Part shown: piece after piece, positions 25,423 through 37,400 of the stretch
Position numbering within the stretch: position 1 is the first letter of the stretch
Layout of the letters: every line of letters begins with the position of its first letter
Origin: Balanoglossus misakiensis
Lineage: Eukaryota; Animalia; Hemichordata
DNA length: 64,000 nucleotides
Direction: 5' to 3'
NCBI GenBank assembly: GCA_040954595.2
Contig: CM082576.2
Location: forward strand, 12,775,129-12,839,128
Made by a program: the position numbers and the translations under genes
The notes under the pieces: generated by a model
Seen by the model: only the letters and a program-made list of their open reading frames with translations
Told to the model about the DNA's origin: nothing
Database searches by the model: none

Positions 25423-28400
25423 AATAATAATAATAACAACAACAATAACAATAACAAAATTACTGAGTTCCCTGTGGTATTGCGTGTACTTTGAACCAAA
25501 GTGCATCGACAACATTTGTTACATGTTAGTTTGTCGGTGTTGATAGTTACAGACATTGCTTCAAAGTGAAGACAGCCTTCCTATATAATCAAATCAGTGA
25601 AATTACCAGAATCTCTAAAATGATTATAAATGTACACCCATTTGCACAAGTTATTTTTTTATGTAGGATATCAGTAACCATGGCAGCTGCATTGATGTAC
25701 TGATCACATGTACATAAAATGTTCAACTAATATCAAAGAGCGCCCTCTAGTGAGAGAGTTCAGCTTTTCCTAATTCTTCGCTTTGCCCGCTGGAAATATC
25801 TTATACATACAAGTAATTTGTTTCTAATCTGCATCCAAATATTTCTTTTGTGTGAAACAAGACATCAAATTCTAACATTCCCCTGGGCAACTTAAGGTGA
25901 ATTTGGTCACTTAAATTGTAATGCAGCTAAACAAATGGTGAGTCATTGCCGGAGGATGAATTTGTTTCAATGAAAGTAAAATGAACGTGTGTGTGTTGCT
26001 ATGGTAACCTGGTACCCTACTTAAAGAGGGTGAATATGTCAAGTTTGAAGGGTTACTTAATGAGTAACAACAATGAAAATGTCAAAATAGATGATTCTGG
26101 TTTGTTTGTATTACGGTAGTCATTTTTAAATGAATTGAAGACTGAAAATATTTGGTCAACAGTATAAGACAGTGCTAACATGTAATTGTTCATATTTACA
26201 TCAAGAGTAAGTTGGACTATTTGTAATTACTTGCAAAAACAGTTTTTCGTGATGTGTATTCTGTCACTCTGTGTTGTACAACAACTCTGGTCTCAACATT
26301 TTTTCCCTGCCTTTTTTCGCCAGAAACTCTCACGCATCTGGTACTCGGTGAAAGTCAGCTGGAGCTATACGTCAGGGAACACCCTCTGAAGGAAGAGAGC
26401 ACGAAACCGGCCAAGAAGGAGCTGGAATCAGCCAAGAAACATTTACAACAAGCGTTAAAGGGAGAGACGAAGGTAAACCTGTTATCTTACTTGGTCTGTG
26501 GAAACCATGGTGTGTGCACCCTAACCCACCAATGTGGACACATACTTAGAGAAAAGCACTGAGAAGTACAGAAATGTCACAGTTGAAGTACCGGTAATAT
26601 GCAAGTTTGTTGGGTCAAGCGATAAGCCTGTGTCCTGTATTTCAAATTTACCCACAGCGTACAGAAAGTACGTGTTGATTTTGAACTATCAGAATGTTAA
26701 TTGGCTTTCAGTATGTATTAAAATTGACATGTGGATTTCATCAACTTGGTATTTCCAATTCAAAATGATCATAACGTTTCTGCAACAATGACAGGAGGTT
26801 TGAGCTTCGCAAATTCTGTTGCTCTCAAAGTATAATAGAACTTCACAAATTATACTTGGTAAGGGCATTTAATAATTAATGATTTAATGAATATTACCAA
26901 ATTTTCAACATTTCAGATTTGCGGTATTCATTTTCTTTTGTAAAATTCCATTAATCTGAAATTAACAGCTTTAATTATTTTATTCAGAATAGCAATAAAT
27001 GCTAATTGATAAGTTAAGTTGACAGTGAGGTTTTCTCCCAAGGGTGTTGTGATTGACATTATAAAAGTGTAATGAGCGAGGATTAAAACATTGAAAACCC
27101 ATCATGGTGTAATCACACAGGAGTGATTTCTGTTCGAGAAAATACTGGAGGTTCTATTATCAAAATGGCATTGAATGTCACAAATGGAACTGCTTTTCTG
27201 CAAATTGAATTACTTTTTGCTTTTCTGATTTCTTAAGTAGTTTGGTTGTTATGACAAGCAGCCGTACACTTGGTCTGTTGGGACGCTGTTTTTTAATTAA
27301 ATATGGAGTTAGGAAATCCGGCGATAGACATCGTCGTGTTTTATCAACACAAGCACTAAGCACAAATCATCGTTTTTGATTACTCACAGTGACACTCGTG
27401 GCCTGTGCATTTTACACTTTTGCACAAAAAAGAAAGAATTGCCAAAGTCCGATTCTTCGATTGATTAATTAAAATTGCACACAAAGTGACATTTCCCTTT
27501 GATTCTGTTTTAGTATGGCTGGGTACAGGAAGCTCGTCTGCTGCTTGGCAAGCTGTACTTCGCCATTGGTGACTACGAAGAATGCCTCAACTATTACGGC
27601 AAGGCTGGCTTGGACGATCTGACGGTGGAAAGTATGAGCAATCGCATGCTAAGAATGATAGCGGAGGCCTTTGCAGTAAAAGGTGTGTGAGAAAAGCCCT
27701 TTATTTGATTTTTTGCTGGGCAAAGTAAACTCAATTCCAGCAAGAAAAAAAAGAACTCAGCTGCAGCGCTTGGATAAAAAATGATAGACATACTTTACAA
27801 TTATCACAGTGTATCAAATTTAATTAATTTTAAAACTTGTGCTTTTACAACTAAAAGTGATGAATGCTTTTGAACGACGACGGGAAGATGTGGAAAGAAT
27901 AATTGACTGTGTGCTTAAACCTTTTCAAATCTGTTGACCCCCTGCTGTGTCAGGACTGAACATATAGATTCGATGTCTCCTTGGTTGCTATGGTTTCTTG
28001 GTAATCACTACATGCTGTCTCCTGTCACTAGTATGATGGTGATTGTGATACAGTTCTAGAACAGCAGCCATCTTTTCATTCCAATGCCAGTATAATTAAA
28101 TTAAACCAAGATGAATTCAGAGGATGGCAATTTAAATAAAGGTGTTCAAAAATAATTCAAACGTGTTTCCTTCGCGCACAAAAAGAATTATGCATTATGC
28201 CTTGTATGTACAGACTAACCCTTTCATATTTTACATGTATGTACATGTGTGTATGTTTGTGTGTGTGTGCATACATGTATGCATGATACATGGAATAGTT
28301 CTTGGTTTATCAAAGTGTTGAATGAATTTTCAGTATTGTAAGAACAATATATATTGAGTATATATTTGTCTGCATTTTCATAATATGAATTGACCATTTC

Positions 28401-31400
28401 TAATACTATATTTCATAGGCATGGCATTAGAAAAGACACCAGCCAAAACCAGCAGTAAAATCAAGCTGGTCCAGATGGAGGAGCAGATCATATCGTGCTA
28501 TGAGAAATCGGGGGACATCGCTCTGTTGTACTTGCAAGAATGTGAGAAGGGCAGGAGCAGCACTATGTCCACATCCAGTGCTGGATCTGGATACAGCGCT
28601 GTACCGACCACCTATGTTGGACCAATTCTAGAAACTGCTATACAGAGAGCTCCACTCCTACACATACAGATGGGGTAGGTAAAAACGAAAGGTTAAGGTT
28701 TAATGTAGGGGAAGTTGAGAATAAATTGGAATCATTGTAATATGTGTATTGTTGAAATTGGCCATAATGCATTATGCTGTATACATGTACACAGATATTT
28801 TCATTTGTCTTTGGATGTGTATGGTGTTCAGTCATTTTCTGATACAATTCTCATGCAGGGCGATATCAATCTTGCCGTGACTCTGTGAACTAATAAATGT
28901 AGTGGAGTTTTTAAGTGCTATCCTTAGGTGGCATGATCATGTTTGGTCAAATCTCTTCTCTATTTACAGTATCTTTTGTATCTCTACCCTTCCAGGGATT
29001 TGGATCGTGGAATAAACCGCTTCCGCCTCGTATTGCGGGCGGTGGAGTCGCGGGCCACCCAGAACGTGAGGATGACCCTGGCCAGAGAGTTGGCGGAGGT
29101 GTTGCTGCGAGGGGTCTGCGAAGGCACCTACAATCCGCCGGCGCCGCCCACGGGAGTTCCCGACAAGTCTGCTTCCCTGAGTCGGCCCGGCGCCGGTGGT
29201 GTCATCGGCACGGCTATCAAGGTGGCAGGCATGAAGAGCGCCAACTTGGCTCTGAGACCGAGACAGTACATTGGAGAGCAGTAAGTTCTGTGTCTGTTCA
29301 ATGGTGTTGCGAGAGCTTGGATATGTGTCCTGCTGGGTGATTGGTCAGTGGTGATTGGTCATGTGGTCGGATCAGATTTACATACTCATGTTTATTCTAA
29401 TGTGCCGAGTGAATACATGTAGATTGTCACAAGTTTGATTTTAAGAGGAACGATCAAGAACCACAATGATAAACTGCCTACAGATTGTCTGTGTTTCTTT
29501 TTACTGGTATTATAAATGATGTTACTTACAAAAATTTACCTCAAGATGAAAAGCTAGCTGTGATGGGTTTCTGTGTGTTCTTCATGTGTATGTATAAAAA
29601 TGTCTGTTGCTATGTCTGCATACATGTATGTGTGTGTATGTGAGCGTGTGTGTTGTGTGTGTGGTTACATTGTCATATTATGTAAGATTATAAACTGATG
29701 TCGTATACAAGGTTTTAATAACATCTTGGTTAAAATGTCCCTGCAGATTCTGTATTGTAAATAGTTTGTTGTGTTTCTGTCTATTTGGAGGTGCAGTCAG
29801 GTAGTATGTGATGCATATGTCCCAACTGTGGTCTGGTACTGTGGTGCGATACGTATATATGCCCAAAACTTTCCCAGCCTACCCTATTCTTCTGTAGATT
29901 TTTATGCAGTTCCTCTCATTTTTTGTACAGTTCCATAATTCCCAGTCTTGTTATCACCTCGGCTAAATCCTATCCATTCCCTTCTCCCTATGCTTTCTCA
30001 TCCTTGATTGATGACATCATTATGGAATCATTTTTCGGTTACTATTTTTTCCCCTTTTTTTGATATATCTTGCTTTTTCTCTTGTCATGGCTTTGATGTG
30101 TGTCCATCTTCTTCCAGCTATGATGAGAAGTAAGTTCTTCATCATCAACATCATCAACATCAAGCATCTTGACATTTAGCGTTAACCAGAGCATGATCTT
30201 TAAGTCATACATTCTATTTTTGATTTTTTAATTCTTCTATTTTCACTAAACAATTCTGCCTGTATAGATCAAACTACATATTTTGTCATGTAAACACACA
30301 TTCATTTGTATGAAACATTAATTTCTGTCCTTAGCAAGCATGTCTGACCTCAACACTAACTTTTGTATTTTGTTTCTAATCACTGAAGCATACCTTATTC
30401 TAGAATACTTACGAGATTTATGTTTATTTTATTTCTGTGATCAAGTTGTCACTTTTAGAGGAACAAAGTCACTATCTTTTCACGTAAATCTGGTATGGTG
30501 CCCGTAGATACTAAAGCCCCAAGTAGCTGTATTGAACTCCTTGTAGAATTTCGGTGTTTTTGTACTATGGTGAATAATAACACTGTGTGTGTACACATTT
30601 CCAAGAGTCAAAGCGACCAAAAAAGCTTATGATATTTGAAATAATACTCTGCTAAAATACATTTAGGAGCAGGTCAACTTTTGTGTGCATATGTAATGAG
30701 TTACTTCAAGCATCATTAGAATTCTGGACGATTACTGGAACTTTAGATATCATAGCTTCAAATCCAGAAGTTCTGAACTGTGTCAAAATGCACACACCAT
30801 CCACAATCAAGAAAATTTCCCTCTTAGTGTTGTTATAGTAAGCAATTTTTATTCTTCTAATTATGTACTGTAAAAAGTCAATGGAAATGTGTCTGTTGTT
30901 TCCAACATCCTAGATGTGATTACAAAATACAGAAGTCATGTTCAATCTTCAGTTCAGGGGTCCAGTTGCTAGCTAGCAATCCCTAAGGTGTCAATTCAGT
31001 ATTTGGCTTTAGAGTCTAGAGATCTCCTGTCTAAATAAGGTTGGATTTTCTTTCTTCCTCTGCTTTGAATCCAAGATGCAAGGTGCATGGGATGTTTCTT
31101 TTTTTTTCTCTACGCCATATTTTTCCTGCTGACCTTTTATACCGTGTTGACTGGATGGTATGTGGCACTGCATACTTTTATTGCCGCTTGGTGCATTTCT
31201 ACACAGATCTCATTGATGCGAATGTGACGAAGTGAAGGCCAGTAGATAACAAACTCTGAGCTTCTCCGGTTATGGATTCATGGAATTCTGCCTCTATCAA
31301 AGCTTGAGCATGTTTGGAACTGTCTAGTCAATCTGCTGTGGGGATATGGTTGAAAAAAAATCACATTTGAGATAAAAAAAAACAATGAAATGCTTAAGAC

Positions 31401-34400
31401 TGACTGTCTGTTCATAAGCTTCTGCAGCATGCATGGGATAAAAAAAAATCATAAACTTGGCTAATTACATGTACTTGCATGAATTGTAAGATATCAAGGT
31501 GTACATAGTCACAATTTGTCAAAAACAAGATGACACCACCAAAAATTCCTGTTTGAGTTGATTGTAGCTAAGTGGCTTATTTGTTTTACAGCTTGTTTGT
31601 CCCAAAGGAAGAAACGGAGGAAACCTTACTGCTGTTGTTGATCAGTGAATCTTTGGTGAGTTATTCTAGACTTCGTTAGGCTTTTGTTGGCTTCGTCACC
31701 AGATACATTCGTCATGTAAAAAACAACAACCCTGGATTGTACAGGGCTAGCCATCGCTATTATTTTGCTGTACCGTTACAGTGATAAACAGCTCAAATCT
31801 GAGTTGACACATATATCCTCTTTTTTGTTTGTATCGACAGGCTACCAAGGAAGCCATTCTCAGCAGAACCGAAGAACACACGCAGAGTCGCATCCACACG
31901 CTGCACAATGCATGTGCCGTCTACGACTTGCTGACAATCGCGTTAGTGAGACGAGCTCAGTATAATATGCTAGCCGAGGTCAGTCTCTCTGCAACCAGAA
32001 GGGCGAGACATTTCCCCCTGTATTTGTCAATTAAGCAATAACCCCTGCCGAGATTTGGGTACAATTCGAGACATATAGCACGAGCCGTCAGGCGAGTGCT
32101 ATATGGAGCGAATTGTACCCAAATCGAGTCGAGGGTTATTGCTATTATATTATATCAACAACTGTTTTTGTGGCATATCAGTGTCATTTTCTTACCGAAA
32201 CGGCGTCAGAAAGAGAAATTACGATCGTGAACCAAAATGGCGACGACGAATGTAAACATGCGCGGCCGGGATCGAGCATTAAACATGAAGCAGACGACAA
32301 AAAGTGACAAGACGGGCATCGCGCGTGGCAAAGCGACAAATATATCCACAGAGCAGTTCCAAAATAAAACGTCCGTTAATTCAACAGTATTTTTGTTTTA
32401 TTTATTTGGTTAAAACACGCGCGACTGTGGTTTAACCGCACATTTTTGCTGCCGAATGCTAGTTCAGGGGCCCGTTTTACCACTGCTAGCCATGGTAAAA
32501 CAGTATTTTACCATCGCTGGATTCAGCTCTCGTCCAATCAGAATCGCGGACGGTAGCATGATATAATATAATTATAGATAAAGCGACGTACAATTTGTTG
32601 ATGCGCAGAATTGTGTAACGTTAGAGAGTGTGATGCAAAGTCTGTGAAGAGGCTTTGATCTAGCATGTCACCTTATCATTCCTGCGAGGACCACTTTATA
32701 TCATAGTGATATTACCCCAGTAATGATTACATGTACCTCAGTATTATTGACAAATGTTACTTCAATTCTCTGCTCTCCAACATTCCTTTTGACATTCAGT
32801 TGTACATTCCCACCACACTTTCTGATACAAACTTTGTCAACCAATGACCTGAATACTATATGCTGTATTCATGACATATGTGTTCTTGCTTTGTTATTAA
32901 AACCCCAATTAATTTCGTTGCAGACGTTTGACAGGTCCATGAGGTTTTCGTTTGAAGAGTTCCATCTGTGGATGCAGTTTGCCCTCTCTCTTATTTGTGC
33001 TGGAAAAGTAAGTATTAGCTCATCTGTTTTCAGTGGAAGGATGGGGGAGAGGAATGCAGGGGGGGGGGGGGTAGGTCAGTCATGTAGAAGGTGGGGATCA
33101 CTCACATCATTTCAATATTGGGCAGTTTCGACAAATGTTAATTTTCTGTGATCTGAAGTTATAAAAGTTTTATTTAGAATGATAACTACACGTATATTTT
33201 GCATGCCTATAATACCCATTATGTTATACATGTATACCCATACCACAGCTACGCCACTACCTGGTACCTCACTAATTTATTTTCTATTTTACAGTATGAG
33301 AGAGCATTGCTGGTGCTGACAGAATGTAACAGACTTAACCCAGAGAATGCAATGGTAGCCCTCCACGCTGCTAAGCTCTGTTTTAACTCTCTGCAAAAGG
33401 TAGGATTGTGTACTGCATCCTTGCATTGTCAGTCATGAGAAATAACCAGCAAAGTTTGTACCAATATTTAATAATATGTATTGCCATACACTAATTCTAA
33501 AGTTCTTACACTCCTACCAATGACATTCAGAAGAAACTGTCTATATCTGAAGTACATTCTAGAGACAAGTATGCAGCTGCTGCAGCTGGTGTTTTTTTTA
33601 TCACAGAAGTGTCAATTATTGCATTTTTCCTGGCTGGAAACTTGCAGGTGAAATACAGTCTGATTAAAAAAACAGTTGTTAGATTAGACAGAACGTAGCA
33701 GTCCCTGCTATCACACTGGTACATGTACCTACACCTGTTCTTGTCAGTTGAGTTAGGGGTTTGTAACTACAGCAAGAGCGAGCTAGACACTTGAAGATGG
33801 GACTGGTTTCTTTAATAATATGCTAAATATGTAACTGATGTCAGCATTCAGCACAGTTACTTTCTTTGTTGTGGAACGGTTTCTAGCAATTTCAGTTTTG
33901 GAAGAAAAAGTATGGATGCTGGAATCTATCAAGGAGATCAGCCTCGTATCAACGGAAGGACCGTAGACAGGGTCACTCATAGAGATTAGACATTACCCAT
34001 CACCAAGGGCAGAGGTCATTGTACTCTTTACGTGTCACTGTCAGGTGGGGATAATGAATGTCAGATGTGTTGTCAATCAGTGAACATTGAAAAAAATACT
34101 GAAATGATAGCGGATGTTATCCAGCAAGTTCAGGCATGTAGAATGTCAACCTCACGGAATTATCGTACAGATGTTCATTTCAGGAATCAAAACATGGAGA
34201 AAAGAAGGCAACTGATATACTGTTGATATACTATTGCCAGTTTAATCCTCATCTTTGCTGTCATCAGCGGCAACCTTTCTAAACTCGTCTGTTAAATATT
34301 ACACCAGAATGATATCAGTACTACCGGGGGTACTACTCTGTATGAATAATACATCTGAAAATGAAATTAAGATAAGAGTTGACAATAAATCAAAATAAGT

Positions 34401-37400
34401 TTCCATACTGCATGAGATAATTTTTGACGTGTTTCTGAAGGTAAGTTAATCACTGACATTTTGTAGACAGGTTTATGACCCAGGGAAGGTAACTTTTCTC
34501 TCTTTTTTGTGTGATATTTGCAGTTTGATGAAGGTATTGAGTGGGCTAAAAAGGTAACAGAACTGGGTGAAACCACTCCGTTTACACACAAAGGGTACCA
34601 AGCACTGGGCATTGGTTACAGTCTGAAATCAAATGAAGGTAATCGTTTTCATACTTTAAATAATTTCCATAATATGCATTTGTATCATTTTGGGCATGCG
34701 TCTCTATTCCGCATGTACTGGACAGAGTAGTAATTCTATTTCGGTCATCGGATCAAATCTCACTGATTGATAACTGTTACTGCTGAAGTTTTAAGAAAGG
34801 AATGTTAAAGTCTGACTGAAGGGTTTTTGTCATTCAACTGGAAAAAATTGAGTAAAGGAGTGCTGTGTTTGCAAGGTTATGATAAAATGTTACTTGATAT
34901 TCGGAGTAGTATCAGTTTTAAGATTTGAAATCCAGTACGCATACAACAAGAACTTGATCCATCTCAAGGTAGTATGGTCACTCTCAAAAATACAGAATAA
35001 TACAGCCAGATAACCATATCAATAAGAAAATGGAAGGCAAAATTTAAAATAAGAAAGTCACTGGTAATATAGTGAAAGATGTTTTTTTTCTTCAATTGAA
35101 CAGCAACATTACAGTCTGATAGACAGGAACTTCAGAAGGCAGCTTTGGCAGCTTTCAACAAAGCACACGAATTAGATGAAAATAATTTTGAACATCTATT
35201 CTATATCGGACTACAGTTAGCTTTGACAAGACAGGTAAGCAACCAATCTTTGAAATATTTGCTCATGTGAACATGAAAATAACACACACAAAATAACAAA
35301 TAACTGCCAAATCGTGAAAATATAGAATGGTGTGTGACGTTCAGTTTTTCTTGGACTTTAACTATTTTTGTCAAACCACATAACCTATACCTTTAAAGTT
35401 AATGGTTTTCTATTGGCAAAGCAGAATGTGAGAAATGTATTGCATGCATAACTGTAAAATTCCTAGTCAAATCTGCGACTTACTTTCATGAATGGGATTT
35501 TTCAGTGACAGACCTGACCATTGCTCAGACATACATACAATATTTACACTATTCATATATAACATGATACAATTTGTAGCGCTTGGAGAGAGTTTTATTC
35601 CTGCAAATAATTGATCTGATTTTAAATTTGATGCGACGTCTCAGGATCAGCTTCTGCTTGCAGCCACTATATTTGGATATATCTTCAATTTGAGATATGT
35701 GGTAATAAAGTTTAGGCTTTAGTCAAATCAAATGGAACTATTGCTAATAACTTTAAACATTCTCAAATTACAGTAGCTATGATTGTTGAATCTTATTGGA
35801 TACCTTTTGAAATTAAAAATCTTAAAATTTTTGGGATGCTGATGACGCAAAATGAAATTTATTTTCACTTTTAATATGTACCGTACGAATGAGTTACTAG
35901 TGTAAGCTGGTGTGGGTATTGTCATGGAATTATGCAGAAATGAAATAAGAAACCCACCAGATTGATAAAAAATATTTCCACCATGAAATCATGGAGACAC
36001 AAATATTAAAAAGGAATGAAAGTTTTCTCCCTTGAGTCACAGTGCTGAAAAGTAGTGTTTATTTTGAGCGGGTTTTCTAATGCTTTCAGTTTCCACTGGA
36101 TAGTAAATCTGTGAAATTAAATGCAAAATCGCAGTAGACCTACATCTGTGCAAATAAAAACATTTGAATGTGCTCCGAACACACATCCGTAGGGAAATAT
36201 AAAATAAAATGTATTCATTGAAACTTGAAACAACTTGAGGTTGCATGGCATTTATAGAGTGACAATTGGCAGAGCAAGCCACAGGCTGTCTGTAATGTGT
36301 GCTGTGTCAATAGATTTCAGAGGCAATCAGCTACGTGAAGCAAGCTCTGAAGCTGAGAGGGGATCACATGGAATCACTGCACCTACTAGCGCTCTTGTTG
36401 TCGGCGCAGAAGAAATATAAGGAGTCTCTCAGCGTGTTAGAAGTAGCATTGTCGGAATACCCTGACAATCTCAGGTAAGAGAAATCAGCTTTTGAATGCA
36501 AATTGATGTCGTGACTTCATCGTAGCAGTTATTCTGACAAAGAAAGGCAGACAACGAAATGTTATCTTTTTTTTTTAATATAATGACGGCACCACCAGGG
36601 GACTTTGATGCAAATAAGTTAATTTTCAGAACTATATAGAAAGCAAATTAGCGCGCTTGTGGAGCGGAGAAAATTACTTTACTTTGTGACAGTGGGGTGA
36701 CCGCGGCGAAGTAATTTCAGAGAATGTGATTAAATGCTGTTTGGTTGGCCAGCCTTTGATCCTGTCTGCTCGTTTGTTCGCTACTTTCTTAATTGAGTGA
36801 TTAATCAAAAACTGGTTGACTAGCTATTTGTGGGAAAGATTATGATGAACTGAAAATTTGCTTTTGGGGGAAAATAACAAAATGTAACCTGTCTGTTGTG
36901 GGTTCATTGACTTGATGGTTTGTATATGTGTGTGTGTGCACATGTATACATATGTGTGTGTGTGTGTATGTGTGTGTGTATGTATGTGTGTATGTATGTA
37001 TGTATGTATGTATGTATGTATGTATGTATGTATGTATGTATGTATGTATGTATGTATGTATGTATGTATGTATGTATGTATGTATGTATGTATGTATGTA
37101 TGTATGTATGTATGTATGATTGATTGTATGTGCATGTTTATGTGTGTGTGCAAATATATGTACAATGTATGTATATGTATATTTGTGTGTGTGCGTTTGG
37201 TGACTGATAGAAATTGACTCTGGGTTTTTGCATTTTCAGCCTCCTTTTCACCAAAGTAAAGCTAGACGAAATGGTCCATGACCCGGAGGAGGCACTTGCC
37301 ACATGCAAGCGTATGCTGGAACTGTGGCGAACAGTCCATGAAACAATACTCTCCAAGTGAGCATATTTTTACATTTTTATAAAATTGGTGGTTTGTTAAA

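Noticed and set aside
36824-37217. ORFs of IHTY/MYVC repeats, and poly-M/poly-L ORFs at 23756 and 25314
   Set aside because: Translations of microsatellites.
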